64,000 nucleotides of DNA from positions 77,079-141,078 of the forward strand of contig CAZLKB010000001.1 in assembly GCA_964560005.1 (NCBI GenBank). The letters are read 5' to 3'. Made by a program: the position numbers and the translations under genes. Source of the stretch: an uncultured Gammaproteobacteria bacterium (GTDB taxonomy: Bacteria > Patescibacteriota > Patescibacteriia > Patescibacteriales > GWC2-42-12). How positions within the stretch are numbered: the first letter of the stretch is position 1; every line of letters starts with the position of its first letter. Positions 33,445-42,386 of this stretch are shown one piece after another. The notes below the pieces were generated by a model. The model saw nothing but the letters and a program-made list of their open reading frames with translations. It was not told where the DNA came from and ran no database searches.

Positions 33445-34887
33445 TTAACTTTTCTTCTTGCTCTTTTTTTTCTTACCCTCAACCGCCAGTTCAGTCTTAG
33501 CTTCCGCCGGACTAACCGCGGTTTCTGCCTTCACTTCTTTTTCAACTTCCGCTTCCGGTTTTATCTCAGCCGCCTTTTCGGCCTCGACTACGGGTTCTTC
33601 TGTCTTCACTTCCGCCTTAGGCGCTTCTTCCGCTTTCACTACCGTACCCTTTTCTCCGACAATATCCAATTTCCAGCCGGTTAAGCGCGCCGCCAGCCTG
33701 ACATTCTGCCCTTCTCGGCCGATGGCTAAAGATAGCTGGTCTTCCACCACTTTTACCATTGCCCTCTTCTCTTCATTATTGAGCTCAACGCCAATAACTT
33801 TAGCCGGCGCTAAGGCCTGAGCGATAAATTTGGCGATATCTTCATTATATTCAATAATATCGATTTTTTCCCCGCCCAGCTCGCTGATGATGGTCTGAAT
33901 TCTCGCCCCTCTCTGCCCTACGCAGGAACCGATCGGGTCGACATTTTCCCCGACCGCGAAAACCGCTACTTTGGAACGATTACCTGCCTCGCGCGCCACG
34001 GCCTTTATTTCCACCAGCCCGTTGGAGATTTCCGGAATTTCCAGATAAAATACTTTTTTTAATATTTCATCCGAAGTTCTGGATAAAATAATTTCCGGGC
34101 CGCGGGAGGTCGTGCCGACATATTTTACGTAAACTTTTATCCGATCGCCCGGGCGGTATCTTTCATTCATAATTTGCTCTTCGGCCGGTAAAACGCCGAC
34201 CGCCTTGCCCAAATCAACTAAAACTATCCGGCCTTCGCGTCGCTGAACCACGCCGGCCACTACTTCATTCTCCTTATCTTTAAATTCGCTAAAAATCATC
34301 TCCCTCTCGGCTTCTCTTAATTTCTGAATGATAACCTGCTTGGCGGTTTGCGCGGCCATGCGGCCGTATTCCGCCGGCGGACTTAACTTGGTTTTTATCA
34401 CATCGCCGACCTTGGCCGTCTTTTTAATTAAAACAGCATCTTTAATTTGCAACTCGGTCTTAGGGTTGAATTTCCTCGCCTCTTCCACTGGCACTTCGCC
34501 CGATCCAATTTCAGCCACGGCCGCAACTTTAGCTCCGTTCTCGGGCATTACCTTAGTTTCTAATTTTTCTTCCTTAATTTTTAATTTTGAATTTTTAATT
34601 TTTAATTTTTCTTCGCCATCATCTCCAGTTATCGGCTTTAGACTACCCTCAGTTTTCACCTCTTCCGTCTCTTCTATTTCTGGCATATCCTCTACCACGG
34701 TTTTAACGTCAAAAACTTTGGATTTAGCCGTTTCCGGATCAAATTCTACCTTAATGTTCTGGTTTTTTTCGCCGAAATCTTTTCGGTAAGCCGCGGCCAA
34801 AGCCGACTCAATGGTTTCTAAAACCGCCTGATAGCTTAAATTTTTCTCTTCACAAATTTGCTTAATAGCATTAGTTATATCAGACAT
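33445..34887 (-). CDS. nusA: Transcription termination/antitermination factor NusA with acidic/lysine-rich C-terminal tail
   Basis: S1 plus two KH domains (GVVQRREGRIVLVDLG, GSCVGQRGARIQ, AIGREGQNVRLAARLTGW). Start moved from TTG to the ATG at 34887. Confidence 0.9.
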   Translation of the reverse strand: MSDITNAIKQICEEKNLSYQAVLETIESALAAAYRKDFGEKNQNIKVEFDPETAKSKVFDVKTVVEDMPEIEETEEVKTEGSLKPITGDDGEEKLKIKNSKLKIKEEKLETKVMPENGAKVAAVAEIGSGEVPVEEARKFNPKTELQIKDAVLIKKTAKVGDVIKTKLSPPAEYGRMAAQTAKQVIIQKLREAEREMIFSEFKDKENEVVAGVVQRREGRIVLVDLGKAVGVLPAEEQIMNERYRPGDRIKVYVKYVGTTSRGPEIILSRTSDEILKKVFYLEIPEISNGLVEIKAVAREAGNRSKVAVFAVGENVDPIGSCVGQRGARIQTIISELGGEKIDIIEYNEDIAKFIAQALAPAKVIGVELNNEEKRAMVKVVEDQLSLAIGREGQNVRLAARLTGWKLDIVGEKGTVVKAEEAPKAEVKTEEPVVEAEKAAEIKPEAEVEKEVKAETAVSPAEAKTELAVEGKKKKSKKKS

Positions 34888-34930
34888 ATTGTTTTGATAA
34901 TTTATTAATTTATTACTCAACTTATTATAT

Positions 34931-35008
34931 AATCCAAATACTACAAAAATTATCCGAATATTACAAATACTTTTTGTAGTATTTGAATAATTTTTGTAGT
35001 ATTCGCAT
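34931..35008. repeat. Four-box TACTACAAA module
   Basis: TCCAAATACTAC, CCGAATATTAC, GTAGTATTTGA, GTAGTATTCGC. It lies 44 nt upstream of the nusA ATG. Confidence 0.6.
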
Positions 35009-35165
35009 TATACTAAAGAAAAAGGCTAGTTTGAATTTAATCAACTAGCCTTAGTATCTATATACTAGCATTATATAATATAGAAGTCAACAATTTTTTT
35101 CCCCCTTAATAAAAGGGAATGAAGGGAGATTTATGCCTTCTAATTCAAGTTAAAATAAAATATAT

Positions 35166-35630
35166 TCATTTCCTAAACATTCTAGGTAAGAACATGGGCA
35201 CTTTCTTTTTATATTCAACATAATCATTACCGAATTTCTCCAGCAGCACCTTTTCTTCTAACCGCATCCAATAAAACATTACTAAGGTCAGCCAGATCAC
35301 GCTAGTTAAGACGGCGAGGGTGGGCCAAAATAAAAAGATGCCCCAGGCTAAGACGATATCGGAAGCGTAGATCGGGTGCCTGACTACGCTGTAAACTCCA
35401 AGCTGTATTAATTTTTCTGTTTTTTCGGCACTTAAATAGGCTTGGCGGTTAAGATAAATGGACAAAGAGAAAAAGTACATCCAGTAGAGCACGGCGGAGA
35501 TAACTAAAATATAAGTCAAAACATTTTGTGCCATCACCGCTTCGGCCGGAACCAGCCAAAGTATCAGCGCTACGCCAGAAATAATTATCAGCCACATCAG
35601 CGCCGGACTGACGAATTTTTTGTTAATCAT
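35166..35630 (-). CDS. Isoprenylcysteine carboxyl / phospholipid methyltransferase family membrane protein
   Basis: 154 aa with VRHPIYASDIV and EEKVLLEKFG motifs. Confidence 0.65.
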   Translation of the reverse strand: MINKKFVSPALMWLIIISGVALILWLVPAEAVMAQNVLTYILVISAVLYWMYFFSLSIYLNRQAYLSAEKTEKLIQLGVYSVVRHPIYASDIVLAWGIFLFWPTLAVLTSVIWLTLVMFYWMRLEEKVLLEKFGNDYVEYKKKVPMFLPRMFRK

Positions 35631-35705
35631 ATAATTACTCCCCCTTGATACCCGCCTGACTGAACAGTCATTCGGGCGGGAAGGGGGCTAGGGGGATTTT
35701 CCCTG

Positions 35706-35975
35706 TTATTTATTTTTCCAAAATTTATCCGCCTCATTCTCCATTTTCGTCAATCTGGTGTAATAATCGCCGAATTCATTTAAATGCGCCCAGGCGATTT
35801 TACCGGTCATGGCCAAATCATCGTCGGTGACATTGGTTCGACCGTCTACCAGGCCATGCTCTAGTTCCACATGAAGCCCTTGCGCGAATTCCTCAATCTT
35901 AGTTTCGGCCCAATTTATGCCGATCTGATCGCCGATTTTCTTCGCTTCTTCATTTGTAAAAAATTTTTTTGTCAT
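35706..35975 (-). CDS. Hypothetical protein
   Basis: 89 aa, ATG start, acidic, no recognised motif. Confidence 0.45.
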   Translation of the reverse strand: MTKKFFTNEEAKKIGDQIGINWAETKIEEFAQGLHVELEHGLVDGRTNVTDDDLAMTGKIAWAHLNEFGDYYTRLTKMENEADKFWKNK

Positions 35976-36005
35976 AGAAAGTTATTTATAAATTATCTCG
36001 CTAAT

Positions 36006-36148
36006 GGCAATCGGGGGAAAATTTGTTTTGAGCGCATACAAAATTGTATTATTTTTTCTTAAAATTATCCAGACCAATTTAATAAAATTTTAAGAAAAAA
36101 TACACAAATTTTGTCGTAAGCGAAAAACAATTTTTTCCACCGATTGTC
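36006..36148 (+). repeat. Structured element, type B, copy B3
   Basis: Arms GGCAATCGGGGGAAAATTTG / CAATTTTTTCCACCGATTGTC. Core TTTTGAGCGCATACAAAATTGTA..ACAAATTTTGTCGTAAGCGAAAAA. Confidence 0.7.
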
Positions 36149-36154
36149 GTCTTA

Positions 36155-37180
36155 TTATGGAATAATCCGTAGATTTGTGGGGCCGACTGCCAACTGCCCG
36201 CAAGCCGCCTTGATATCTTGACCGAACCTATATCTTTCGGTCACATCAATCTTTTGATCCCTTAAAGTTTTCTTAAAATCGAAAATTCTCTTGGCCGGCG
36301 ACGGTTGAAATTCAGCTGTTGGATTATAGGCGATTAAATTTACGAAGAATAACGGCGGGTCTATCTTCTTGAGCAACATCGCTAATTCTAAGGCTTGTTC
36401 CTCGGAATCGTTAAAGCCGTCAATCATTAAATATTCAATCATCGCGCGGCGGCCGGTTTGTTCTAAATAATTATTCAATTCCGCCATTACTTCATCCAGC
36501 GGATATTTTTTATTTGCCGGAATTATTTGGGCGCGCAATTCGTCCGACGGCGCGTGCAGGGATAAAGCCAAATTGATTTGCATTTTTTCCTTGGCCATTT
36601 TTTTTATACCGCTGGTCACGCCAATGGTTGAAATGGAAATATGGCGCGCGCCGATATTTAAACCGTCTTTGTCATTAAGCATCCTAATAGCCGCCAGGAC
36701 ATTTTCGTAGTTTAAAAACGGCTCGCCCATGCCCATAAAAACGATATTGGTAACACGACTGTCTTTCTTTTTCAAAGCTCGGGCAAAAAACAAAACCTGC
36801 TCAACGATCTCGGCTACTGTCAAATTTCTCTTAAAACCCATCTTGCCGGTGGCGCAGAATAAACAGCCCAGCGGACAACCAACCTGCGAAGAAACGCAAA
36901 CCGTATTGCGGCCATCCGCATGATTTAACAAAACCGTTTCAATTTTTAAACCGTCGGCTAAATATATTAAAGCCTTAACCGAATCAGCTTCTTTACTCTT
37001 AACAATTTCGGCTTCAATCGCTAAAGAAGATTTTTGATTTAATTGCTCTCTTAGCGCCAAAGGCATAATAGTCGCTTGATTCCAGTCATCTATCAAATCA
37101 ATAAAAATCGCGCGCTTAGCCTGTTTCAGCCTAAACTTGGGTTCATCTTTCAACAGGTATTCTAATTTTTCTAAATTCAT
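36155..37180 (-). CDS. rlmN: 23S rRNA/tRNA (adenine-C2)-methyltransferase, radical SAM
   Basis: CVSSQVGCPLGCLFCATG and GMGEPFLNY. Start moved from TTG (37228, inside element B4) to the ATG at 37180. Confidence 0.9.
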   Translation of the reverse strand: MNLEKLEYLLKDEPKFRLKQAKRAIFIDLIDDWNQATIMPLALREQLNQKSSLAIEAEIVKSKEADSVKALIYLADGLKIETVLLNHADGRNTVCVSSQVGCPLGCLFCATGKMGFKRNLTVAEIVEQVLFFARALKKKDSRVTNIVFMGMGEPFLNYENVLAAIRMLNDKDGLNIGARHISISTIGVTSGIKKMAKEKMQINLALSLHAPSDELRAQIIPANKKYPLDEVMAELNNYLEQTGRRAMIEYLMIDGFNDSEEQALELAMLLKKIDPPLFFVNLIAYNPTAEFQPSPAKRIFDFKKTLRDQKIDVTERYRFGQDIKAACGQLAVGPTNLRIIP

Positions 37181-37193
37181 ATTTTTACTAGTT

Positions 37194-37339
37194 GGCATGG
37201 GGAGGGCGGGCATTTTAAGTGAATACAAAATTGTATTATTTTTTTATTAAAATTGCTCATAATATAAATATATAGACAATTTTAATAAAAAAATACTCAA
37301 ATTTTGTCCTGAACGAAAAATGCCCGCCCTTCCCATGCC
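37194..37339 (+). repeat. Structured element, type B, copy B4
   Basis: Arms GGCATGGGGAGGGCGGGCA / TGCCCGCCCTTCCCATGCC. Core TTTTAAGTGAATACAAAATTGTA..CAAATTTTGTCCTGAACGAAAAA. An orphan 3' core follows at 37340-37364. Confidence 0.7.
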
Positions 37340-37385
37340 AAATTTCGTCTTAAGCGAGAAAAAGACCTATTTGTCCCGCAACGGT

Positions 37386-38273
37386 TTACGGCTGTAAAAT
37401 ATCTTCGGTTCTGCCGTTTACCGATATTATAACGCTTTCCACCGTGGAAAATTGTTTTAAAGTCTGAATTATTTGCGCTCGTATCGCCGAAACGCGGCAC
37501 GACCCGCCCATGCCCTCTTCCATAGTCTGGTCAAAATCAACTTTTGCCACTCCGTTTTCTATGGTCAGTTTCTGAATTTTCACGCCCGGATTAATACTGG
37601 TTGAATAACTATCGGTTTTTTCTTGATCCGACGGCCCTTTTAACAGCTCTTCTAAGGCCGCCCGCGCCACGGCTGTGGTTTTGGCAACCTGGCGATCAAC
37701 CGGGAAAACTTTATTGCATGAAATCTCCGGATCTAAATTATTATTGTTAAAAAACGCCTTTACGGTTATAGTCTGGCTCGGATTAATTACTACCGGCATT
37801 TCTATCCTTTTGTCATATTCGGGCAAACCGGAGGGATTGTCATTTTTCAATATCAGCTTGCCGGTAGTGGTGGCCGTTGCTTGGTAATTTATTTCTCCTT
37901 TAAACGGCACAAATTTTTCTGTCATCCAATCGCTTTGCGCCTGAACATAGCTTTGGCCTAAAATATTTCCCTGATCATCAATCAGTTCAACCGGAAAACT
38001 TGCTTCAAAAAACCAATTGCCTCTGGCCTGCCCTTCTACGGTTAAGGGGCTATTAACCGCCTGGTTTACTTTTGGATTTGTCACCAGTACTTCGTCCGGC
38101 TGTTTCTGATCGCCGCAAACCGTGGTTGGCTGCGGCGCGCTGGGCTGGCCATGTTTAACCCACTGGCCGTCTTGGCAGATCCAAGTATCTTCCGGCCCGC
38201 TTAAGAACCGAACGCCAAGCACCGCAATTATTAACACTACGACCACTAAACCAATAATTTTTAATGTTTTCAT
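37386..38273 (-). CDS. Membrane-anchored GerMN-domain protein
   Basis: 295 aa with an N-terminal TM segment. C-terminal GerMN-like AVARAALEELLKGPS..GVAKVDF.. Confidence 0.6.
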   Translation of the reverse strand: MKTLKIIGLVVVVLIIAVLGVRFLSGPEDTWICQDGQWVKHGQPSAPQPTTVCGDQKQPDEVLVTNPKVNQAVNSPLTVEGQARGNWFFEASFPVELIDDQGNILGQSYVQAQSDWMTEKFVPFKGEINYQATATTTGKLILKNDNPSGLPEYDKRIEMPVVINPSQTITVKAFFNNNNLDPEISCNKVFPVDRQVAKTTAVARAALEELLKGPSDQEKTDSYSTSINPGVKIQKLTIENGVAKVDFDQTMEEGMGGSCRVSAIRAQIIQTLKQFSTVESVIISVNGRTEDILQP

Positions 38274-38309
38274 ATTTTTATTATTTAATTATTTTCAATA
38301 TCCTTTATG

Positions 38310-38789
38310 TTAAATTCTTAATTTTTTTAACTGTTCAATAAATATATTCATTTTTTCGACGAACGAGCCATCGGCGACTTCTTTGGAAAATAACACTGTT
38401 GAGGCCGCGGCCGATGAGCCCAGTAATTCCTCAATACCCTCTATGGCTTTGCTGACACCTCTGCCGCCTTGAGTTAAAAATATCGCGAACTTTTTAATTC
38501 CGCTTTTTTCTTTGGATAAATATGCTCTGATCGGCGACGACATATGGCCGGCCCAATTCGGGGTGCCAATAACCACCAAATCATAATTACTCGGATTATA
38601 TTTAGTCGCCATGATCTCCGGCAACATCTTTTTCATTGCCTCTTTGCCCGACCTTAAATAACCTAAGACGCCGGCGCGGCTTTTAATATCGCCGACTTTT
38701 TCCCTGTCGCAGGCTAAAACTTTAGAAATTTCCAGAGCCGCTTTTTCGGTCAGCCCGGTTCTTGAATAATAGACTAATAATATTGTCAT
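38310..38789 (-). CDS. Flavodoxin-family protein
   Basis: MTILLVYYSRTGLTEKAA and VVIGTPNW motifs. Confidence 0.7.
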   Translation of the reverse strand: MTILLVYYSRTGLTEKAALEISKVLACDREKVGDIKSRAGVLGYLRSGKEAMKKMLPEIMATKYNPSNYDLVVIGTPNWAGHMSSPIRAYLSKEKSGIKKFAIFLTQGGRGVSKAIEGIEELLGSSAAASTVLFSKEVADGSFVEKMNIFIEQLKKLRI

Positions 38790-38850
38790 ATGATTTATTT
38801 TATGCTAGTCTATATTATAATGAAAATATAATAATTACAAGACTAAAATT

Positions 38851-39372
38851 ATGTTTTATTTTATTGCTTTTGCCTTTCTGCTTTTAATGCCTCTAGCGGC
38901 GGCTAAGGCGATGGTGCCGATCTGCATCGTCTGCACGGCGGCCGTAAGCGCCGGAGTAGGCCTTTCCCGCTGGCTGGGAGTTGACGACACGATTACCGGT
39001 TTATGGATCGGCGGCCTGACGCTATCGGTCGCCTTATGGACGATAAATTGGCTGACTAAAAAAAATATAAAATTTTTTGGCCGCCAACCCCTGATTGTTG
39101 CCTCCTATTACGCTTTATTACTCTGGCCACTATATCATTATAACATGATTGGCCACCCCTTGAACAAATTATGCGGAACCGATAAACTCTTGATGGGTAT
39201 AACGGTCGGTTCTATCGGTTTTATTGGCGCCATTCTGCTTAATGAATACCTTAAGAAAAAAAATAATGGCAAGGTTTATTTCCCTTTCCAAAAAGTTGTT
39301 ATACCGGTTGGCCTGCTAGCCGTTCTAAGTTTGGCCTTCTACCTAATCTGCGCGCTTAATATATTAAATTAA
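38851..39372 (+). CDS. Hypothetical membrane protein
   Basis: 173 aa with about five hydrophobic segments. Confidence 0.5.
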   Translation: MFYFIAFAFLLLMPLAAAKAMVPICIVCTAAVSAGVGLSRWLGVDDTITGLWIGGLTLSVALWTINWLTKKNIKFFGRQPLIVASYYALLLWPLYHYNMIGHPLNKLCGTDKLLMGITVGSIGFIGAILLNEYLKKKNNGKVYFPFQKVVIPVGLLAVLSLAFYLICALNILN

Positions 39373-39377
39373 ATCAT

Positions 39378-39974
39378 ATGGCAATAAATAATTATCAGGA
39401 ATTAGTCAATAAAATAGACAATTTAAAAAAACAGGATAAAATGGACCTGTCTAGCGATCAGGATCTGTCAATCGCTATCATGAACTTAATCAGTATTGAA
39501 GAGCATTTCTTCTTTACCGGCATAAAAACCGGAAAGAATAGCTACTTTGATTTGCTGAACCAGGTGCGTTCCATGCGCAAAGAACTTTTGAAAAAAATTA
39601 TTAAAGACTATGAAGGCGAAGTCTGGTGCATTTCCAAGCATCTTCTGGCCGCCAGCATGCGCTTAATGGAAGTCGGCACTAAAGCGCTGGGGCAAGGGAA
39701 AAAAGAAGAGGCCGAAGATCTATTTAAAAAAGCCTTTGATTTATACTCGCTTTTCTGGGCGGTCAATATGGGCATGATTAACACCGACGGCATCAAAAAA
39801 ATTGACGATAACATGCTGAGCGCTTCGGCGAGCTCCCCTCGGCCTGAGCTCGGGACGAAGGCAACACCAGGTAAAAAAGATGAAAGTAAAACCGGCCCAG
39901 TCACCGGACAAGCAGGCCTAATGGGAAAATTTTCCGCTATTGTTAAAAAGGTGATTGACTGCTGTATTGAATAA
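39378..39974 (+). CDS. Hypothetical protein
   Basis: 198 aa. Tightly coupled to the preceding ORF (5-nt gap). Confidence 0.5.
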   Translation: MAINNYQELVNKIDNLKKQDKMDLSSDQDLSIAIMNLISIEEHFFFTGIKTGKNSYFDLLNQVRSMRKELLKKIIKDYEGEVWCISKHLLAASMRLMEVGTKALGQGKKEEAEDLFKKAFDLYSLFWAVNMGMINTDGIKKIDDNMLSASASSPRPELGTKATPGKKDESKTGPVTGQAGLMGKFSAIVKKVIDCCIE

Positions 39975-39984
39975 TTTTAAAACA

Positions 39985-40167
39985 AAGGGAGTCTAAAATA
40001 TTTAATTTTTGAAGTGAGGACTGTTTGAGCCCCCACCATTTTTTCTCCTTATGGCCCAAACTATTAGAAATTTCAATTTTTTATATTTATTTTACTTTTA
40101 CATGAGTACTTAAAAAATGGTGTGGGCGAGTTCCGCAACGAAAAAATTAATTATTTTAGACTCCCTT
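39985..40167 (+). repeat. Structured element, type A, copy A3
   Basis: Arms AAGGGAGTCTAAAATATTTAA / TTAATTATTTTAGACTCCCTT. Core TTTTTGAAGTGAGGACTGTTTGAGCCCCCACC..GGTGTGGGCGAGTTCCGCAACGAAAAAA. Confidence 0.7.
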
Positions 40168-40207
40168 AAGAACATAAGTTTACCAAGTTTAAAAAACAAC
40201 CCCTAAT

Positions 40208-41500
40208 TTATTCGGGGTTATTTTTTTTAAATAATTTTAACCAATTGGGATGGTCTTTGACTAATTGTATAATAACTCTAAAAACCAAAATTAAAAATGT
40301 CAGCCAAAATAACCCCAGCGCGTAACCGGCGATACAATCGCTAAACCAATGCGCTTTTAAATAAATTCTTGAAAAACCGACGAGCAAGATAAAAAACATA
40401 CTGCCTGAAACGGCCAGATATTTTAACCATTTATTATTAATCTTTTCCAAGAAGAAAAACAAGGCCAAAGAAAAAAAGATTATAGCCATTAACGAGTGCT
40501 GGCTGGGGAAGCTCAGGCCGGTTTCTAAAACCAGGCCGCCGGCCGGCCTGGGGCGATTAACCAGCAATTTGGTGATTGCCCCAAGAATCAAGCCGCCGGC
40601 CGTGCTTAATAAAATCAGGCTGGACCAATACCACTGCCGTTTAATGAAAAAATAGACCGCAGCTATCAAGGTAATGGCAAACAATACTTCCGGGCTGAAA
40701 ATGTTGGAAATAAAAATCATCAATTTGTCGAGCGCGGGCCGCCAAGCTTGCTGGATATTGGCGGTTAACCAAAGATCAAATCTATAGGTTGATTCTCGGT
40801 CGAAATAATCTTCAACCATCTTGGAAAAAACATAAATGGATAAGCCGTTTAAAATCAAATAATAAAGGTGGTATTTGGCGAAAATATGTTTTGTCTTATT
40901 AAGAAAACTATAGCCTAGAATAATTAAAATTATAGTAATGACGGCGGCTAAAATAAATCTGCCGAAATATTTAGAAGCAGTCTCAAAACTTTGCCCGAAA
41001 ATATAACCGACCAATACTGATGAACCGGCCCAGGCCGCTCCGCCGATGACGGCGAAGAAGGCAAATCTGGAGAATTTAATCCGGGAAATTCCGGCGGTGA
41101 AGGCTGACACCGCTCGGACAAACGGGCTAAAGCGGCCGATGATTAGAGCCTTGCCGGCGTGTTCCCGCACCAAGTTTTTTGTTTTTTCATACCTGGCCGG
41201 ATTAAGAAAAAAATATTTGCCATAACGGATAATAAAATCATTGCCGAACTGCCGGCCGATAGCATAAGCCAAAAAATCTCCGGATACGGCGCCCAAAAAG
41301 GCGACGAATATGGCCGCGTCCAATCTGAAGATGCCGAGATAGACCATAAAACCGCTTAAAAAAACTACCGCGTGACCCGGGAAAAAACCGCCGATGATCG
41401 GCAGGCTTTCAACCATGGCCGAGAGGAATAAAACCAAATAACCCCAATGATCAATCAGGGGAAGAGGCAAATTTAAAATAAAATCATTAATGGTTGACAT
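40208..41500 (-). CDS. DedA-family / PAP2 phosphatase fusion membrane protein
   Basis: N-terminal DedA pattern (WGYLVLFLSAMVESLPIIG). The C-terminal part has all three PAP2 motifs: KLLVNRPRP, PSQHS and SRIYLKAHWFSD. Confidence 0.75.
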   Translation of the reverse strand: MSTINDFILNLPLPLIDHWGYLVLFLSAMVESLPIIGGFFPGHAVVFLSGFMVYLGIFRLDAAIFVAFLGAVSGDFLAYAIGRQFGNDFIIRYGKYFFLNPARYEKTKNLVREHAGKALIIGRFSPFVRAVSAFTAGISRIKFSRFAFFAVIGGAAWAGSSVLVGYIFGQSFETASKYFGRFILAAVITIILIILGYSFLNKTKHIFAKYHLYYLILNGLSIYVFSKMVEDYFDRESTYRFDLWLTANIQQAWRPALDKLMIFISNIFSPEVLFAITLIAAVYFFIKRQWYWSSLILLSTAGGLILGAITKLLVNRPRPAGGLVLETGLSFPSQHSLMAIIFFSLALFFFLEKINNKWLKYLAVSGSMFFILLVGFSRIYLKAHWFSDCIAGYALGLFWLTFLILVFRVIIQLVKDHPNWLKLFKKNNPE

Positions 41501-41518
41501 TGAGGTTTATGATAACTT

Positions 41519-42025
41519 TTATATAAACCTGCTGAATCTTTCTTTAGTCGCGCCGCAAATCGGACAAACATCCGGCGCCCCGTCGCGGGCGCAGATATAG
41601 CCGCAAACTTCGCAGCGCCAAACCGGGTGGCTTAAATTATCTAATTTTTTATTCTCGTTGTTCATATTTTTAATTCTTTGTTCTTTTGACGGCCTTCGCT
41701 CCGGAATCGACTTTATCTTTTCTTTATTTTCATAGACCTTTTTTGAAACATACAAACCGCAGACGCAAGCGCCGAATTCGGCCACATCGGCATCGCGATA
41801 ATAACAAGGGCAAATAATATCCAAATCCTCAAGTTTGACTCCCGAGGCCAAGCGGCAAGGGCAAGATTGATAGCCGTATCTTTTTTCGTTAAACAGCAAG
41901 CCCTTAAGTATGCCTTTAGCGTATTTTTCGTCGTGATTAAAATAGTAACCGCGCTTCCGGTTGCTTAAAACCAGCTGATTATAATAATTATCTACTTCAT
42001 TTTTTGCGTTCTGGTTATTGTCCAT
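41519..42025 (-). CDS. Ferredoxin-thioredoxin-reductase catalytic-subunit-like protein fused to a rubredoxin-type zinc ribbon
   Basis: CPCR..CPCYY..CVCGLY cysteine pattern plus C-terminal WRCEVCGY..CPICGATKERF. Confidence 0.65.
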   Translation of the reverse strand: MDNNQNAKNEVDNYYNQLVLSNRKRGYYFNHDEKYAKGILKGLLFNEKRYGYQSCPCRLASGVKLEDLDIICPCYYRDADVAEFGACVCGLYVSKKVYENKEKIKSIPERRPSKEQRIKNMNNENKKLDNLSHPVWRCEVCGYICARDGAPDVCPICGATKERFSRFI

Positions 42026-42311
42026 TTATTTTTCTTAATTTTTCTTCGTCAAAACCGATAATAATATCCTCGCTGTTATTAATTATTACTGTAGGGAAAG
42101 AGGTGCTCTGGTGATATCGCCACATGGCTTCATGAGCTTCTTCCCGATCTCGGCCAAATAACAAATCAACATCAAGATAACTATATTCTAACCCGAGTTC
42201 GCTTAATAAGGCTTTGGTTTTTTTACACCAAAGGCAAGTGCTTAAAGTAAAAAGCATAATTTCTTTTACTTTTTTCCCGGATACTTTTTTTATATTTGAT
42301 TGATAAGACAT
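42015..42311 (-). CDS. Glutaredoxin-like protein
   Basis: 98 aa. CLWC active site in a thioredoxin-fold context. Overlaps the downstream FTR-like gene by 11 nt. Confidence 0.7.
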   Translation of the reverse strand: MSYQSNIKKVSGKKVKEIMLFTLSTCLWCKKTKALLSELGLEYSYLDVDLLFGRDREEAHEAMWRYHQSTSFPTVIINNSEDIIIGFDEEKLRKINGQ

Positions 42312-42386
42312 AAGCTGATGATTGATGGCCGATAAATCTCTTTGACTTTAGTATAAATCAGATTAACATATAATTCAATCGGCCTT

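Noticed and set aside
37297-37500. A 67-aa minus-strand ORF and the long form of rlmN starting at 37228.
   Set aside because: Both run through element B4 and its orphan core. The rlmN long form starts at TTG inside the repeat arm, so the ATG at 37180 is preferred.
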